Origin: Pristiophorus japonicus
Lineage: Eukaryota
Assembly: GCF_044704955.1 (NCBI RefSeq)
Contig: NC_091985.1
Span: 63,426,001 to 63,490,000 of the forward strand
Direction: 5' to 3'
Length of the DNA: 64,000 nucleotides
Under the pieces are notes generated by a model, which saw only the letters and a program-made list of their open reading frames with translations, did not search any database and was not told the origin of the DNA. Shown in pieces: positions 38,848 to 52,835 of the stretch; positions within the stretch are counted from its first letter, which is position 1; each line of letters opens with the position of its first letter. Position numbers and translations under genes: made by a program.

Positions 38848-39443
38848 GGAAAAAAATTCTGTTGCGCCCCGTTTGGGGGCATTAACACTCGCAAGGCGCG
38901 AGACTTTACGCCAGGTGCAGAAGTCTCGCCTCTCATGATAAATTGGGGTTACCGTCCCCGAAAGGAAGTGGAGCACAAAATAACGTGTTCCACTTCCTCT
39001 CTGGTGTGCTAGCGGCGCAAACGTGGTGGGAGCAGAGTGCAGCGCTACTGGGTACGTAGCGTAGCACTGCCATGTAAATGGCGTCTTCCCTTAATTAAAG
39101 GGAAGGGCCCAAGCCACAAACTCTGCATTATAAAAATGGTTCTACCTGGACCACTGGTGAGCAGGGGTGCTGGGCTAATTGATCGTGGCATGGGCCCAGC
39201 ATTCAAAGTGCCAACAGGGGGCACCAAAAAAAGGACTTTAAAAAAAAATAAAAAGCACTGCACCTCCCCTTTAGCTATTGCCTGGCGAGCGGCCTACCGG
39301 CCAGTTCATATCCCCTGCAGCTGTCACTGTTATCGCCCGGCGCAGCTTCAGGGGGCAATATCCAATTTAACTGGAGCCATTAGCAGTGCCGGAAAAGTCG
39401 GGGGGCGCTAATGGAAGGTGCAAATGACCCAAATTTCTATGCC
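38848..39443. mobile_element. Possible Harbinger-type MITE
   Basis: GC-rich insert bounded by GGGAAAAAAATT and AAATTTCTATGCC. Ends are degenerate. Confidence 0.35.
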
Positions 39444-41479
39444 GATGTTCTTTATTTGCACTTTCCCTTCTTTACCAAATGCCTCTGGAACAATACTTAG
39501 TGTACTTAAGCAGAACCTTTAGCAAAACATTTTAAATTCAGGGTTTCTATTCAGATTCTCCCTCTAAACTTAAATAATGGTTTAGTCCATCTAGAGTGCA
39601 TTATCTGTTTGTGCAAATTATCATTATTTCATGTTTATACTGAGTGTTCGGAAACAAAGTGTAAGCATTAAGAATACATTACTAAAAAAATGATTACACC
39701 TTGAACTTTGGCACATAAGTAACATGCTATAAAAATCTCAGCAAAAAAATTGAAGAGCCCTGCTTTTTTATTTTTAATCGTTTCATCTAAAAAGTACAAA
39801 TTCTAATTAATTTTATAGTCCTAAAAATGGTTTCATTAGGCATGTTTATTTGTCGTAACTCTATACTGATTAACCAGAACAGAGGATGGGTTGCAACTTA
39901 CAAACAGGTTTCTTGGCATGTTCTGTTAACAGTCAGTCTTACTGTCAATCATTAAAAAATCTGTAAGTTGTACACGCATGTGCATGCTCGCAACTGTAAT
40001 CTACCAGCTTGAATCTCTTCAGTAATACCTATATGAACCTATGTGAACTCAAGGCTTAGGCTTTTTATATAGGCATAGACCTCTGACAGAAAAAACTGTT
40101 ATAGGTATTTCAAACATAGTAAAGGTTATTATATATTTTTTTACGTCTTTATTATGTCATAAGTATTTCGCTTACAGGAGGAAGCAAGAGCGTTGCAGAA
40201 AATAATTTTTTTTTAAATTGCACCAATTTGTTTGGCTCCCTTTCTGCTCTCTGCTATTGGTAGCTGTTGCTGATAGGCCACTTTAGACTGGAGATTTTTT
40301 GAAACTGTTAATTGGTGGTTTTTATGCCTGCATTACATGTGTTGATTGGCAAGTTCTAATCTGATTTATCACTGTTTGATATGAATATGTTAACTTGATG
40401 AACTGATGATTGTACATACTGCAGCCAAAGTGTCCTGATGGATGCAATATATATCGAGTCTAAAAGGATGTGCTTCGTCTTGGATGATGTCGAACTTCTT
40501 GAGTATTGTAGCCACTGTGCTCATCCAGAAAAGTGCTGTTTACTCCATAACACTCCTAACTTGAGCTTTGCAGGTGGTTAACAGGTTTACACGGGCAAGT
40601 TAGTGAACCACTTGTCACAAAATTTCCAACCTATTCTTAATCACTGGAATTGCTCCACTTGTTTCAGATGTCTAGCCAGCAATCTTCCTGCTTTATCTCC
40701 TTGGTCAAAGAATCTTTGCCTAGCCCAAAACAACACAAATTCGATTTTGTTCTGTCAAACAGAAAGTTAAGATTATATTGATCTATTTTCTAAATGTCAG
40801 GATTAACTCACTTCAGTGCAGAACTGAGGGAAGGCTGCAATGTTGTAGGTACTATCTTTTGGAGGAGATGTTAAAACGAGGCCCTAGCTGCTCCCTCTGA
40901 TGGATGTAAAAGAACCCATGGCACTATTTAAAGAAGAACTGGGGAGCTCTCAGTACCTTGGCCAGCATTTATCCTTCAATCAACATCACTAAAACAGATT
41001 CGCCTAGAAATTCAGGAGTTTAGCGCCACGCAATACCACCAGATTCATTTGGCGGCTGCTGCTCTTCCGCCAGCTGGTCCCATGGCGGCGGCCATTTTTG
41101 GATGGCTGGCAGCGCTGCAGGTATCGGCGATCACTAAAATCATGGAAATGGTGCAGATCGTGATATCAGTGAGTGTGCAATGCTCACTTGACACTCGAAC
41201 TGCGACTTTGGAGTTTGCCGTTCAACTTACCTCAACTGCGATGAGCTGAGCAAGTATTGACAAGCAGGAAGGAGGCTCCAGCAACAGTATTTGAAAGGAT
41301 CATCAGCAGCTATTTGCACCGGACATGTTGTTCAGTTTAACTGGCTCTGTGCAACTTTCTGTGACTCCAGAAGCTTTATAAACTTCTTGCAAAGTTCTAA
41401 GGCAACAGGGAGTGTTGTTGCAAATGGAGAACGCCTTCATTATTATTTAAAGGCTTCTGCTCACAACATTTGCTCACAG

Positions 41480-43580
41480 TCATGGAGGCTCTACTGGCAG
41501 TCCCCCTCGCGCTCGAGTATCTTAGGGAGAGGGAGAGGAGTTAGCGAAGAAGGGGAGAAGATGCATGCAGAGAGAGCAGGAGTAGGGCCAGGAGGGCTCT
41601 TAACAGGAGACCTTACCCACCTAGGGTCTTCCAAGAGCACTTCTCTTATATCCATTTAAGTGATTAGCAGTGTATTAGGAAGCTATGCTTCGCCAAGGAG
41701 GTGGTCACAGAACTTTGCCACCTCCTGCAATCAGACCTGCAGCCTGACAGCAGGGTGAACACGGCTCTCCCAGTGGCAGTCAAGGTCACCGTGGCCCTCA
41801 ATTTCTTTGCCAGCGGATCCTTACAGTCTGCAGCAGGTAACATAGCTAACATCTCGTAGCTCGCCGTCCATCGCTGTAGCCGGTCACTGATGCTCTCGAC
41901 AATAGGAGAAGGGGGTAACATTTTCTTCTCTCTGAGCAGTCGTCCAGCTGGGTGGGACTGCACTCGCCTGGTTCCATTTTTATCTATCTAATCGTAGCCA
42001 GAGAATCACCTGCAATGGCTTCTCTTCCCACTCCCTTCTCTTCCCACTCCCGCATCATTACCTCTGGTGTCTCCCAAGGATCTATCCTCGGCCCCTTATT
42101 TCTCATCTACATGCTGCCCCTTGGCAACATCATCCGAAAACATGTTTCCACATGTACGCTGACGACACCTAGTTCTACCTCATTGCCGCTTCTCTCAACC
42201 CCTCCACAGTCTCTAAATTGTTAAACTGCTTATCCGATATCCAGATCTGGATGAGCAGGAATTTTCTACAATATTGGAAAGAAAGAAGCCATTGTTTTCG
42301 GTCGCCGCCACAAACTCTGTTCCCTAGCCACTGACTCCATCCCTCTCCTTAACATCTGTCTGAGGCTGAACCACACTGTTCACAACCTTAGTGTCATCCG
42401 ATGCCTTTGTTACCTCTAGAACTCACTATTCCATCGCACTCCTGGTCGGCCTCCCACATTCTACCCTATATAAACGAGATCATCCAAAACTCAGCTGCTC
42501 GTGTCCTAAACCGCACCAAGTCCCATTCACCCATCACCCCGGTGCTCGCTGACCTACACTTGCTCCCGGGTTAAGCAACGCCTCAACTTCAAAATTCTCA
42601 TCCTGGTTTTCAAATCTCTCCATGGCCTCGCCCCTCCCCATCTCTGTAACTTCCTCCGTCCCCCCCCCTTCTCTCCCCCAAGATAGCTGCGCTCCACTAA
42701 CTCTGCCTCTTAAGCATCCCTAATTATAATCGTTCAACCATTGGTGGCCGTGCCTTATGTTGCTTGGGCCCTAAGCTCTGGAACTCCCTGCCTAAACCTC
42801 TCTATCCTCCTTTCAAGACACTCCTTAAAACCTACCTCTTTGACTAAGCTTTTGGTCACCTGCCTTAATTTCTCCTTGTGGCTTGGTGTCAAATTTTTTG
42901 TCTTATAATACTCCTATGAAGCACCTTGGGATGTATTACTATGTTAAAGGCGCTATATAAATACAAGTTGTTGTCATTGAGAGAAGCAGGAGGGGTGCGC
43001 ATTTGGCTTTGCCAGAATAGCAGGCTTTCCCATGGTGCACACCGCCATCGACTGCATCCACGTGGTTTTGCGGGTGCCGTATCATAATCCTGAGATCTTC
43101 AGTAACTGCAAAGGATACCACTCAATTAATGTGCAGTTGGTGTGAGACCATGCTCAGCGCTTCCTGACGGTCAATGCCCACTATCCTGGCAATAGTTATG
43201 ATGCCTTCATCGTGCGTCAGTCTAGCAACATGTGCTAGCAATTTTCCAGCCACCACAGCAAAGTCACAGGTGGGTGCTCGGAGACAAGGACTATCCGCTT
43301 TGCACCTGGTCCGTGACTCCCCTCCGCAACCCCAACATTCGTGCCCAGCACTCATATAATGACCGCTCCAGTATATGCCGCAGCGGGTGTCTCATTTCGC
43401 GGTGGTCTGTTGCAGGGATTGCGGGACCACCTCAGGAGTAGGATGAGGGCGAGGAGATGGGGAAAGAGGAAGATGAGCAAGAGCAAGAGGTTGAGGGAGG
43501 GAGGAGGCAGGCAGCCAATCCCCATTCTGGACGAGCTGTCCGTGAACGCTTCATCAGAATCCGATTCCAATGAATATAAC
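41480..43580 (+). pseudogene. HARBI1-like transposase of Harbinger 2, interrupted by L2
   Basis: [69 protein letters not shown]. Confidence 0.85.
41938..42975 (+). mobile_element. L2 LINE 3' fragment nested in Harbinger 2
   Basis: GVSQGSILGPLFLIYMLPLG, YADDT, KLWNSLP; tail TATATAAATACAAGTTGTTG. Confidence 0.88.
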
Positions 43581-43744
43581 CTCAGATCCCACATCCCCAT
43601 CATACCATCCCTCTGTCACAGAAAATTACAGCGTCCTCCTGGGCACAAAGCTGAAGTGTGAGCCGTCACAAAAGATTCCAAACAAATTAATAAATTTATC
43701 AAAAATCATTTCACACACACATTTACAGTAACGATATGATCTAA

Positions 43745-45700
43745 TCACCCTTGTGCAATCCCTTAATGCCTGTCATTTGGGTGACCATGTCTACCCTAGT
43801 TCTCCTACGAAATGCTCCCCCAGTGGCTACAGCATGGCTGGTGGAAGGCTGCCGAATGACCATGGGGGAGAATTCAGATGGCCTTGCAGATCGGCCTCAA
43901 GCAGACTGCAGCACCTCAGCATGAACGGCAGAGGTCTCGGCAGGCTGGCTGACAGGCAGCGGCAAGGGCAATGGTGGAGTGACAGTGGTTCAAACAGAAT
44001 GCTGTCATCTTGAGAGGGGACAGCAGGGTCCTGCTTGACTGACTCACTGCCACTCCCCCAGGGAGCATTCCTAGCAATCTGTTGGAGCACAAACTGCTGG
44101 GCTACTGTGACACCCTGCAAGCCCCGGTCGACACTGGTAAACCTGGCCAAGATGGCAGCAGTCTGAGCTTGTGATGCAGTTGAGACTGCATGACAGCGGT
44201 CTGACATAGGTGGCATCAAACGGAGACTGCACGAAAGCAGTCTGAGCTTGGATGGCATCAAGCTGAAACTTCGAGAACAGTCTGTGCTTCCCCTGCAGCA
44301 CTAAGACGGTGGGTCGCTTTCGCCTGCACTGCAATGGCAGCTGCGACATCGTCCATCACATGCACCATCATGTCTGGATCAACACGGTCTCTTCGGGAAT
44401 CTTCCATCATTTCCAGTTTGGAAATCTTGGGCCTCAAACTCTGCGCAGAGCCCCCTGCAATATTGGAGGAGGACTACTCCATGCTCCTCGACATTGCCAA
44501 GAGGCTCTCTGGCAGGCTTGCCATTGCACCTAGCAATTCGGTGTGCATGCCCATCACCCTTCCTCTGAAGGCCGCCCCATCAAGATTCTCATCGGAGTCC
44601 TGTGCAGTAGAACTCGCGTGCGAACTCGCCCTCCGGGGAGCTGGTCCCTGAGCTACTCTTTCCCCCTCCTGGTCTTCCTGCAGCCCACTCGTGCCCGGTG
44701 CCTCACCCTGTGTAGAGCTTGCTTCTACAGTTGTCTCTAAAGTATGCGCAGTGCCAGTTTCTCAGCTGGTGTCTGCAAGTGACAGATCCAGTGACGCTGT
44801 GTCTTTTTCCTCCCCCTTGCTCTCGTGCATCGTCTCAGGGACGGGCTGATCTGGTGCTTGTTGTTGATTATCTGAAAGCAGAAAAGCACAAGAGTTGGGT
44901 TAGGGTGAGGGAAGGAAGGGAAGCAAGATATACATGCATACAGCATCAGCATCTTGAAAGTTAGAAGAGATTGTGGTATAAGTGGTAAGGGGATGTGAGA
45001 AGAAGGATTAGGAATATAAACATACCGTTGTCCTCAAGGGGTTCAACCTCGCCAGTTACCACAGCCATTTGCCGCCCAGTTATGTCCAGCAGTCTCTCTT
45101 CCAGCTGGCTGAGGTCGTGGATGTCAGCCTGGCCCCTGCCTGTCTGCCGTTGCTCCCTCTAGTTATATGCGACCTTGGACTGCAAGAGAAAGAGAGATGT
45201 GCAAGTGAATGTGGTGCAATGTGTTTGGGTGATGTGTCTGCTATAGTTGAATAGCTGTCATTGTGTGCAAGGTGTGAGATATGGGTGAAAGTGTTGCAGC
45301 AGTGATAAGGTTGTGAGAGTTAAGTGAAGCTATGATTGTGACGTGTGGGTGGTGATAGGTAGAGATTGTTGCTAGCTGAGTGCTGGGGCTGTGGTGCATT
45401 GAGTAGTGTGAGAGGCTTGTGGTGCAGATGGTGGGATGGGCATTTGCTGAAGCCTTCACTCACCCTGACCCGCCATATGAAGTCATTAAACTTCTTCAAC
45501 CTTGGCATCACAGTGCTGGCCGTGATATGGGTGGCGATCTCCTGCCACAGCCTCTGCGAGGTGTGTGGCAATGGCTTCCTGCCAATGTGTGGGAAGAGGA
45601 CAGCCCGCCTCCTCTCCACAACCACAATCAGTTCCTCCAGAGCTTCGTCAAAAAACATGCAGGCTCTCTCCCTTTGATGATGCTCTGCCGTGGCTTTGCA
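43745..45700 (-). pseudogene. Myb/SANT (NAIF1-like) gene of Harbinger 2, intron-containing
   Basis: RERACMFFDEALEELIVVVERRRAVLFP...WQEIA...KKFNDF. Downstream part is homologous to 56100-56830. Confidence 0.75.
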
Positions 45701-47091
45701 GTAACAGTTCTGAGTGGCTTGACAATGAGGTGCTGTGGCATCAATGCACCTCTTCTTTGAGTACTGAATAAAGCCTGTGTCACACATGATTGGGAATTAG
45801 ACTGGACTCGATATTGGCCCACCTGTTGAGCGTTACGCCAATGAGGAGCAGTTTTAGAGCTGAAATCAAGACTATAATCATGTTAATGAGGACTGAGCAC
45901 AAATTTTGCATGCTGCACAGACCATTTTGAGGTGGCGCAGCTAAACATCGTTGGGCCTCAACACTGCCTGTTTGTGGCCATATCCAATTTCTAGGCCATT
46001 ATCTGGTCTTTATTTTACTGCTGTTTATGGCACCTTGCTGTGCACAAACTGGCTGGTGTGTTTCCCTACTTTACAGCAGTGACTACACTTTATCGGTATT
46101 TCATTGACTGTGAAGTGCTTTGGAATATCCTGGGGTCATGAAAGGCACTATATAAATGCAAGTTCTTTTTTTCTCTTTCTTTAGTGCTTTTTCAAAGTGA
46201 GAAGCTTTGTGCCACTTCTGCAATTGGTGAACCTCAACCTAAAACAAGGAGAGCTTCTCTGCTTTGTCTTTGTTTTTAAGTAAAGACCCATAGCTTGTAA
46301 TCGACCTTTGCATTATTGTCCCCTCAGAACACCACTATTTTTCTATAAGTATTTATCAATTATTACCTCCAGAGTTGGTATGGCAGTGAAGTTGAACAGC
46401 AATTTATTTTTCAATTTTCACCATGGAGACTTCTTATTCTCAGAAAAAGGGAGACTGCATCACACTCAGAGATCAATATTTGCACCTACTGATGACTTAA
46501 TCATCTTGAGGTGCCCAAATGCTGTTAATCCTTAAATATAATTCATACTAGATGTAATCACAAGTGGTGGGTGGTATAATCTCCATATGTCTGCAAGGCC
46601 TATCTTGCTGCCAAATATTAGGAACATCCTGGGGCACCAAAGTGTTAATCCATCTTTCAAGGATAATCCAATACCTGATCTGGAAAGAGATTAAAATCGC
46701 TACCTATGATCAAAAGAAGTTTGCGTAGCTTCCCAGCTTTAGAAGAAACCACCTCCAGGAATTGTATCAGTATTGGGGACATATATGGCAAACAGAATAA
46801 CTCTGCTCATGATAAACAAACGTACAAGAATTTACATCTATTTAATGCCGTTAGCGTAGAATAACGTCCCAAGGTGCTCCACAGAGGCGTATTCAAGACA
46901 ATGAAGGAAACATCAGGAGGAGTGACCAAAAGCTTGGTCAAAGAAGTGAGCTCTTCATAAAAGGACAGACATAAAAAAAGAACCAACACTGGTTCTTTTA
47001 AAATAGATGTCCATTTCACATAGACAGTAGTCGTACTGTGAAGATAAGCTATTTACTGACTATACATATTTTTTTGAATTTCAGTACTTAC

Positions 47092-47163
47092 AATGGCATC
47101 AGCAAAAAGTGAATTAGAGTTGTCAATAGTGCAGGCTGAACCAAGCAAATCATCCTCATCTAT
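47092..47163 (-). CDS. BICRAL: BICRAL coding exon 3, IDEDDLLGSACTIDNSNSLFADAI
   Basis: 72 nt, ttttcacag acceptor, gtaagt donor, phase 0/0. Resembles human SNDDLTNAGYSAANSNSIFAN. Confidence 0.85.
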
Positions 47164-47280
47164 CTGTGAAAACCAAAGATCCAAGATTGAATTGTACTAA
47201 ACAACAACAACTTGCATTATATAGTGCCTTTAACGTAGTAAGATATCCTAAGGTGCTTCACATGAGCAATTATCAAACAT

Positions 47281-48533
47281 TCTTTGAGTATGTAATGAAG
47301 AGAGTGGATAAAGGGGAACCAGCGGATGTGGTGTATTTGGACTTACAGAAGGCATTTGACAAGGTGCCACATAAAATTTTATGGTACAAGATAAAAGTTC
47401 AGAGTTGGGAGTAATATATTAGCATGGATAGAGGATTGGCTAACTAATAGAAAACAGAGTCGGAATAAATGGTTCATTCTCGGGTTGGCAACCAGTAACT
47501 AGTCGGGTGCCGAAGGGATCAGTGTTGGGACCCCAACTATTTACATTCTAGATTAACGACTTGGAAGAAGGGACTGAGTGTAATGTAGCCAAGTTTGCTG
47601 ACGATACAAAGATGGGAGGAAAAGCAATGTGTGAGGAGGACACAAAAAATCTGCAAAAGAATATAGACAGGCTAAGTGAATGGGCAAAAATTTGGCAGAT
47701 GGAGTATAATGTTGGAAAGTGTGAGGTCATACACTTTGGCAGAAAAAAAATCAAAGAGCAAGTTATTATTTAAATGGAGAAAGATTGCAAAATGCTGCAG
47801 TACAGCGGGACCTGGGGGTACTTGTGCATGAAATGCAAAAGGTTAGTATGCAGGTACAGCAAGTGATCAGGAAGGCCAATAGAATCTTGGCCTTTATTGC
47901 AAAGAGGATGGAGTATAAAAGCAGGGAAGTCTTGCTACAGTTATACAGGGTATTGGCGAGGCCACACCTGGAATACCGTGCAGTTTTGGTTTCCATATTT
48001 ACGAAAGGATACACTTGCTTTGGAGGCAGTTCAGAGAAGGTTCACTAGGTTGATTCTGGAGATGGGGGGGGTTGACTTATGAGGAAAGGTTGAGTAGGTT
48101 GGGCCTCTACTCATTGGAATTCAGAAGATTGAGAGGTGATCTTATCAAATCATGTAAGATTATGAGAGGGTTTGACAAGGTGGATGCAGAGAGGATGTTT
48201 CCACTGATGGGGGAGACTAGAACTAGGTGGCATAATCTTAGAATAAGGGGCCATCCATTTAAAATTGAGAAGAGGAGAAATTTATTTTCTCAGAGGGTTG
48301 TGGATCTGTGGAATCACTGCCTCAGAGAGCTGTGGAAGCTGGGACATTGAATAAATTTAAAACCGAGATAGACAGTTTCTTAACCGATAAGGGAATAAGG
48401 GGTTATGGGGAGCGGGCAGGAAACTGGACCTGAGTCCATGATCGGATCAGCCAAGATCGTATTAAATGGCACAGCAGGCTCAAGGGGCCGTGTGGCCTAC
48501 TCCTGCTCCTATTTATTATGTTCTTATGTTCTT
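47281..48533 (+). mobile_element. CR1 LINE 3' half inserted in an antisense L2 tail (pieces about 47200-47280, 48535-48590, 49460-49680)
   Basis: YLDLQKAFDKVPH, KFADDTK, QRDLGVLVH; TTATGTTCTTATGTTCTT tail. Confidence 0.9.
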
Positions 48534-48589
48534 ATAAAATCTGATACTGAGCCACATAAAGAGATATTAGGACAGGTGACCAAAAGGTT

Positions 48590-49460
48590 TTTTTTTAATT
48601 CATTCACGCGATATGGGCGTCTCTGGCCTTTATTGCCTGAATTTATTGCCCATCCCTAGTTGCCCTTGAGAAGCTGGTAGTGAACCTCCTTCTTGAACTG
48701 CTGCAGTCCGTGGTGTGAAGGTACCCTCCCACAGTGCTGTTAGGTAGGGAATTCCAGCGACAATGAAGGAATGGCAATATATTTCCAAGTCAGGATGGTG
48801 TGTGACATGAGGGAGAGAGACCTTGGAATTGGTGGTGTTCTCATGCACCTACTGCCCTTATCCTTCTAGATGGTAGAGGTCGCGGGTTTGGGAGGTGCTG
48901 CCGAAGAAGCTTTGGCAAGTTGTTGCAGTGCATCTTGTAGATGGCTCACACTGCAGCCACATTGCGCCGGTGATGGAGGGAGTGAATGTTTAAGCTGGTG
49001 GATGGGGTGCCGATTAAGTGGGCTACTTTGTCCTGGATGGTGTCGAGCTTCTTGAGTGTTGTTGGAGCTGCACTCATCCAGGCAAGTGGAGAATGTTCCA
49101 TCATACTCCTGACTTGTACCTTGTAGGTGGTGGAAAGGCTTTAGGGAGTCTCGAGTTGAGTCACTCGCCACAGTATACCCAGCCTCTGACCTGCTTTTGT
49201 TGCCACAGTATTTATATGGCTGGTCCAGTTAAGTTTCTGATCTAGTGAACCCCCCCCACCCCAAAAGGAAGCTGATGGTGGGGGATCTGATGATGTAAGG
49301 CCATTGATTGTCAAGGGAAGGTGATTATAGACTCTCTCTTGTGGAGATGGTCATTGCCAGGCACTTGTGTGGCACGAATGTTACTTGCCACTTATCAGCC
49401 CAAGCCTGGATATTGTCCAGGTGTTGCTGCATGTGGTCACGGACTGCTTCATTATCTGAG
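48590..49460 (-). mobile_element. LINE 3' fragment of another CR1-group family (Crack/Daphne-like, clade uncertain)
   Basis: TYKVQVRSMMEHSPLAWMSAAPTTLKKLDTIQDK-type ORF2 C-terminus. Confidence 0.7.
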
Positions 49461-50327
49461 GGAACTGATCAAAGAGATAGGTTTTAAGGAGTGTCTTAAA
49501 GGAGGAGAGATAGGGAGCCAGAGAGGGTGAGGGAGGGAGTTCCAGAGCTTAGAGCCCTGACAGCTGAAGGCACAGCCACCAATGGTGGAGCAAAGAAAAT
49601 CAGGGATACGCAAGAGGCCACAATTGGAAGAGTGCAGAGATCACGAAGGGTGGTCGGGCTAGAGGAGGTTACAGAGATATCTGATCGAGCAGAAGTATTG
49701 TGGATAATAGAGGGCCAAAGGCTAGACTGTTGGAATTTAGAAAGTGTCGTTGCAAGTGACTTGGGAGAGAGTTTTTTCAGGGGAAGACAATAAGCAAAGT
49801 ATTTTCTCTGGACAGATATACAAGCCAGAATTGAGTCCTTTACAGGTATTATGTATACCACTGGTTGAGACCTGTCTGTATTGCTTTGGGGATTAAAACA
49901 ATTGCGGAATTCAGGAAAATTTTATTAGGGTCTTTACTGAACTCTGCATTTCAATATCTGCCTGTTTTTATTATACCGAACAGCTTTGTCTGCCTGTCCA
50001 ATTTGCACTGGCTATACCAACAGCCTAATAGACACTGTCTCTTTTTGAACTAGGCAACCTCTATCAATATTGTGACATTATCATTTTATTTTTAATCCTG
50101 TCGCTGCTAAATTCTACTATTGTTCAGAAAAAATACAAACATAACATTGCAAATCATCAATTCAATTCGATCCAAGGTCATTTTTGCTTTAAAATTTCAT
50201 GTTAGACTGTTTAGATATATTTAGTGTAATGTGACATGTCAAAGAATTTAGTAACATTTCCATGTATATATTAATTAGCAATTCAGAAGCACTAAAATTC
50301 ACAATGGTACACATAGAAAATACTTAC

Positions 50328-50376
50328 TTCTTGACTACCAGGTCCATGCAAAAAATCATTCAATGCCTGCACATCA
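50328..50376 (-). CDS. BICRAL: BICRAL coding exon 2, (G)DVQALNDFLHGPGSQE
   Basis: 49 nt with polypyrimidine/ag acceptor and gtaagt donor. Matches the DPQALNxFLHG motif; phase 2 in, phase 0 out. Confidence 0.92.
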
Positions 50377-51744
50377 CTATAAAAAGAAAAAAGTAATCGA
50401 TGAAACCATATAAGCATGTCGCAAAGTATAAATAGTTTCCAGTATTGTAAAATGTTGATGATTCTTTACAAAAATATATGCCTTACGAATAGATTTTTTT
50501 TTAATAAATCGACTGTGTCGCAGACTATACTCTATCACCAACTACACAACGTATACATCACAATGTGAAATTAAATGTTTACCTGGTTACTAATGCAGAC
50601 CTGAGACTAGTGCCTTATTTTTGTTCCAAATTAGATACCTAATTTAATGTCAAGTTTTCTGTAAGGGTGGCCCAATAAATCCATACTACAAAAGAGACGA
50701 GTCTTTATCGTAGAATTAGTAATAGGAGTTCTTAAGTCTCTGAGCCATATCCTTGAGTGAATATTTTGGCAGCGACAGTAACACAAACTAGCACTTTGAC
50801 TATTTTGAGATAGGGAAAGGAAGCAATATGATTGTTTGGATTTCAGTAGTGAACATATCTGGCAAATGTTAAAAACTTAATCACTGCAAAATGGGCGGCG
50901 CACCGGAATTGAATGGAAGTCGATCTCAAACAAGCCAGAAATGCCGCAGATCCAGAATCAAGTCCAAACCTTTTTTATGGCTCTCTGAATATTCAGGCTA
51001 CTTCTATCCAGGATTGCATTAAAAAGAAACATAGTAGAAAAAAAAAGAGGCAAAAATTAGGAAGAGAGTCTGATTTGTTTTTCAGTCTTTTTTTTTAAAT
51101 CTCCACACACCATGCCTCAGTGATGAGGGCTGTGAGGATACAACAGTGCCAATGTCTATGCTGCTGTGTAACTAGCCAGTATGAGTTTGAAAGATCAAAC
51201 ATTGGGATATCCTCCAATTTCCCCTACCTTCTTGTGGAAAAACATCTCACCTCTGCTGAGCACCTCCCCCTTAAGAAATCAGGAATGCACTGGGGAATCT
51301 TGGAGAGAACAAACCCTTATTGTGACATGGTGTATTGGCACACTAACCTACTGTAATCAAGATTCCAAGAAACAAAGGTCCGAAACACACAGAAAGAAAT
51401 CAGAGATATAAGTGGGAACTGGACTCATAAAAAGAATTGCAGGTGAGAGAGAAACTAACTGGACACAAGTAGACCAAGACTCACAGAAAAAGTTGCAGAA
51501 AGGATAAGTATGAACAGATGAGACAAAATGTACATATCCCATGGCTGCATTTGGTAGCAAGAAGGACTACCTGAAAAAAAAACTACAATATGTAGAACCA
51601 GGTAAAAGCCTGTGCAGGCATTTCATCTTTTTCATACGCATACTATAGTAAAAATGCATAGGACAAACAAAAGTTATATTAAAGAGAAAATCAGCTCCAG
51701 GCAGGCTGAAGAAAAAACGGCTTTTGAGTTACACCTCATTAAAG

Positions 51745-52835
51745 ACAACAACAATTTGTATTTATTTAGCCTTTTAATGTAGTAAAACGTCCCAAGGCGC
51801 TTCACAGGAGCATTATAAAGCAAAATTTGACACCAATCCACATAAGGATATATTAGGGCAGATCTTGGTCCAAGAGGTAAGTTTTAAGGAAAGTCTTAAA
51901 GGAGGAAAAAGAGTTAAAGAGGTGGAGAGGTTTCGAGAAAGAATTTCAAAGCCGAGGACCTTGGCAGCGGAAGGCAATCGTTGAGCGATTAAAAACAGGG
52001 ATGCTGAAGAGCGCAGATATCTTGGAGAGTTGTGGGGCTGGAGGAGATTACAGAGATAGAGAAGGGCGAGGCCACTAGGGGGGGAGGGGCGGGGATTTGA
52101 AAACAAGGGTAAGAATTTTAAAATCAAGCCGTTGCTTAACCGGGAGCCAATGTAGGTCAGCGAGCACAGGGGTCATAGGTGCGAATTAGGATATGGGCAG
52201 GAGAGTTTTGGATGACCACAAGTTTACAGAGGGTGGAACGTGGGAGGCCGGGCAGGAGTGTGTTGGAATAGTCAAGTCTAAAGGTAACAAGGGTATGAAT
52301 GAGGGTTTAAGAAGCAGATGAGCTGAGACAGGGACGGAGTTGGGCGATGTTCCAGAGGTGGAAATAGGCGGTCTTAGTGATGGTTGGATATGTGGTCGGA
52401 AGCTCATTTCGGGGTGAAATATGACACCAAGGTTGCAAGCAGTCTGGTTCAGCATCAAACAGATGCCAGGGAGAGGGATAGGGTCAGTGGCTAGGGAATG
52501 GAGTTTGTGGCAAGTACCGAAGTCAATGGCTTCGGTCTTTGCAATATTTAGTAGGAGTAAATTTTTACTTATCCAGTACTGGATGTCGGACAAGCAGTCT
52601 GACAATTTAGAGACAGTATAGGGATTAAGAGAAGTGGTGGTGAGGTAGAGCTAGGTTTCGGCAGCGCACATGTGGAAATTGATGCTGTGTTTTCAGATGA
52701 TGTCGCCGATGGACAGCATGCAGCTGAGAAATAGAAGGGGGTCCAGGATAGATCCTTGGGGGACACAAGAGGTAACGGAAGATAATCCATTGCAGGTGAA
52801 TTTCTGGGTACAATTAGATAAATAAGAATGAACTA
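51745..52835 (-). mobile_element. L2 LINE 3' fragment
   Basis: VPQGSILDPLLF, SDCLSDIQYW, LNIAKTE, NLGVIF; L2 tail. Confidence 0.88.

Larger units (their letters stand above)
41001..45997. mobile_element. Full-length degenerate PIF/Harbinger transposon 2
   Basis: TIRs CGCCTAGAAATT / GGCCTAGAAATT; TSD ATT. Transposase on plus, Myb/SANT gene on minus. Confidence 0.9.
40795..46170 (+). mobile_element. DeuSINE (SacSINE1/AmnSINE1-like) split by Harbinger 2; pieces about 40795-41000 and 46001-46170
   Basis: Deu-domain-like GGATGTAAAAGAACCCATGGCACTATTT..GAAGAA..GGGG. Rejoins as AAACAGATT|ATCTGGTC; L2-type tail TATATAAATGCAAGTTC. Confidence 0.7.
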
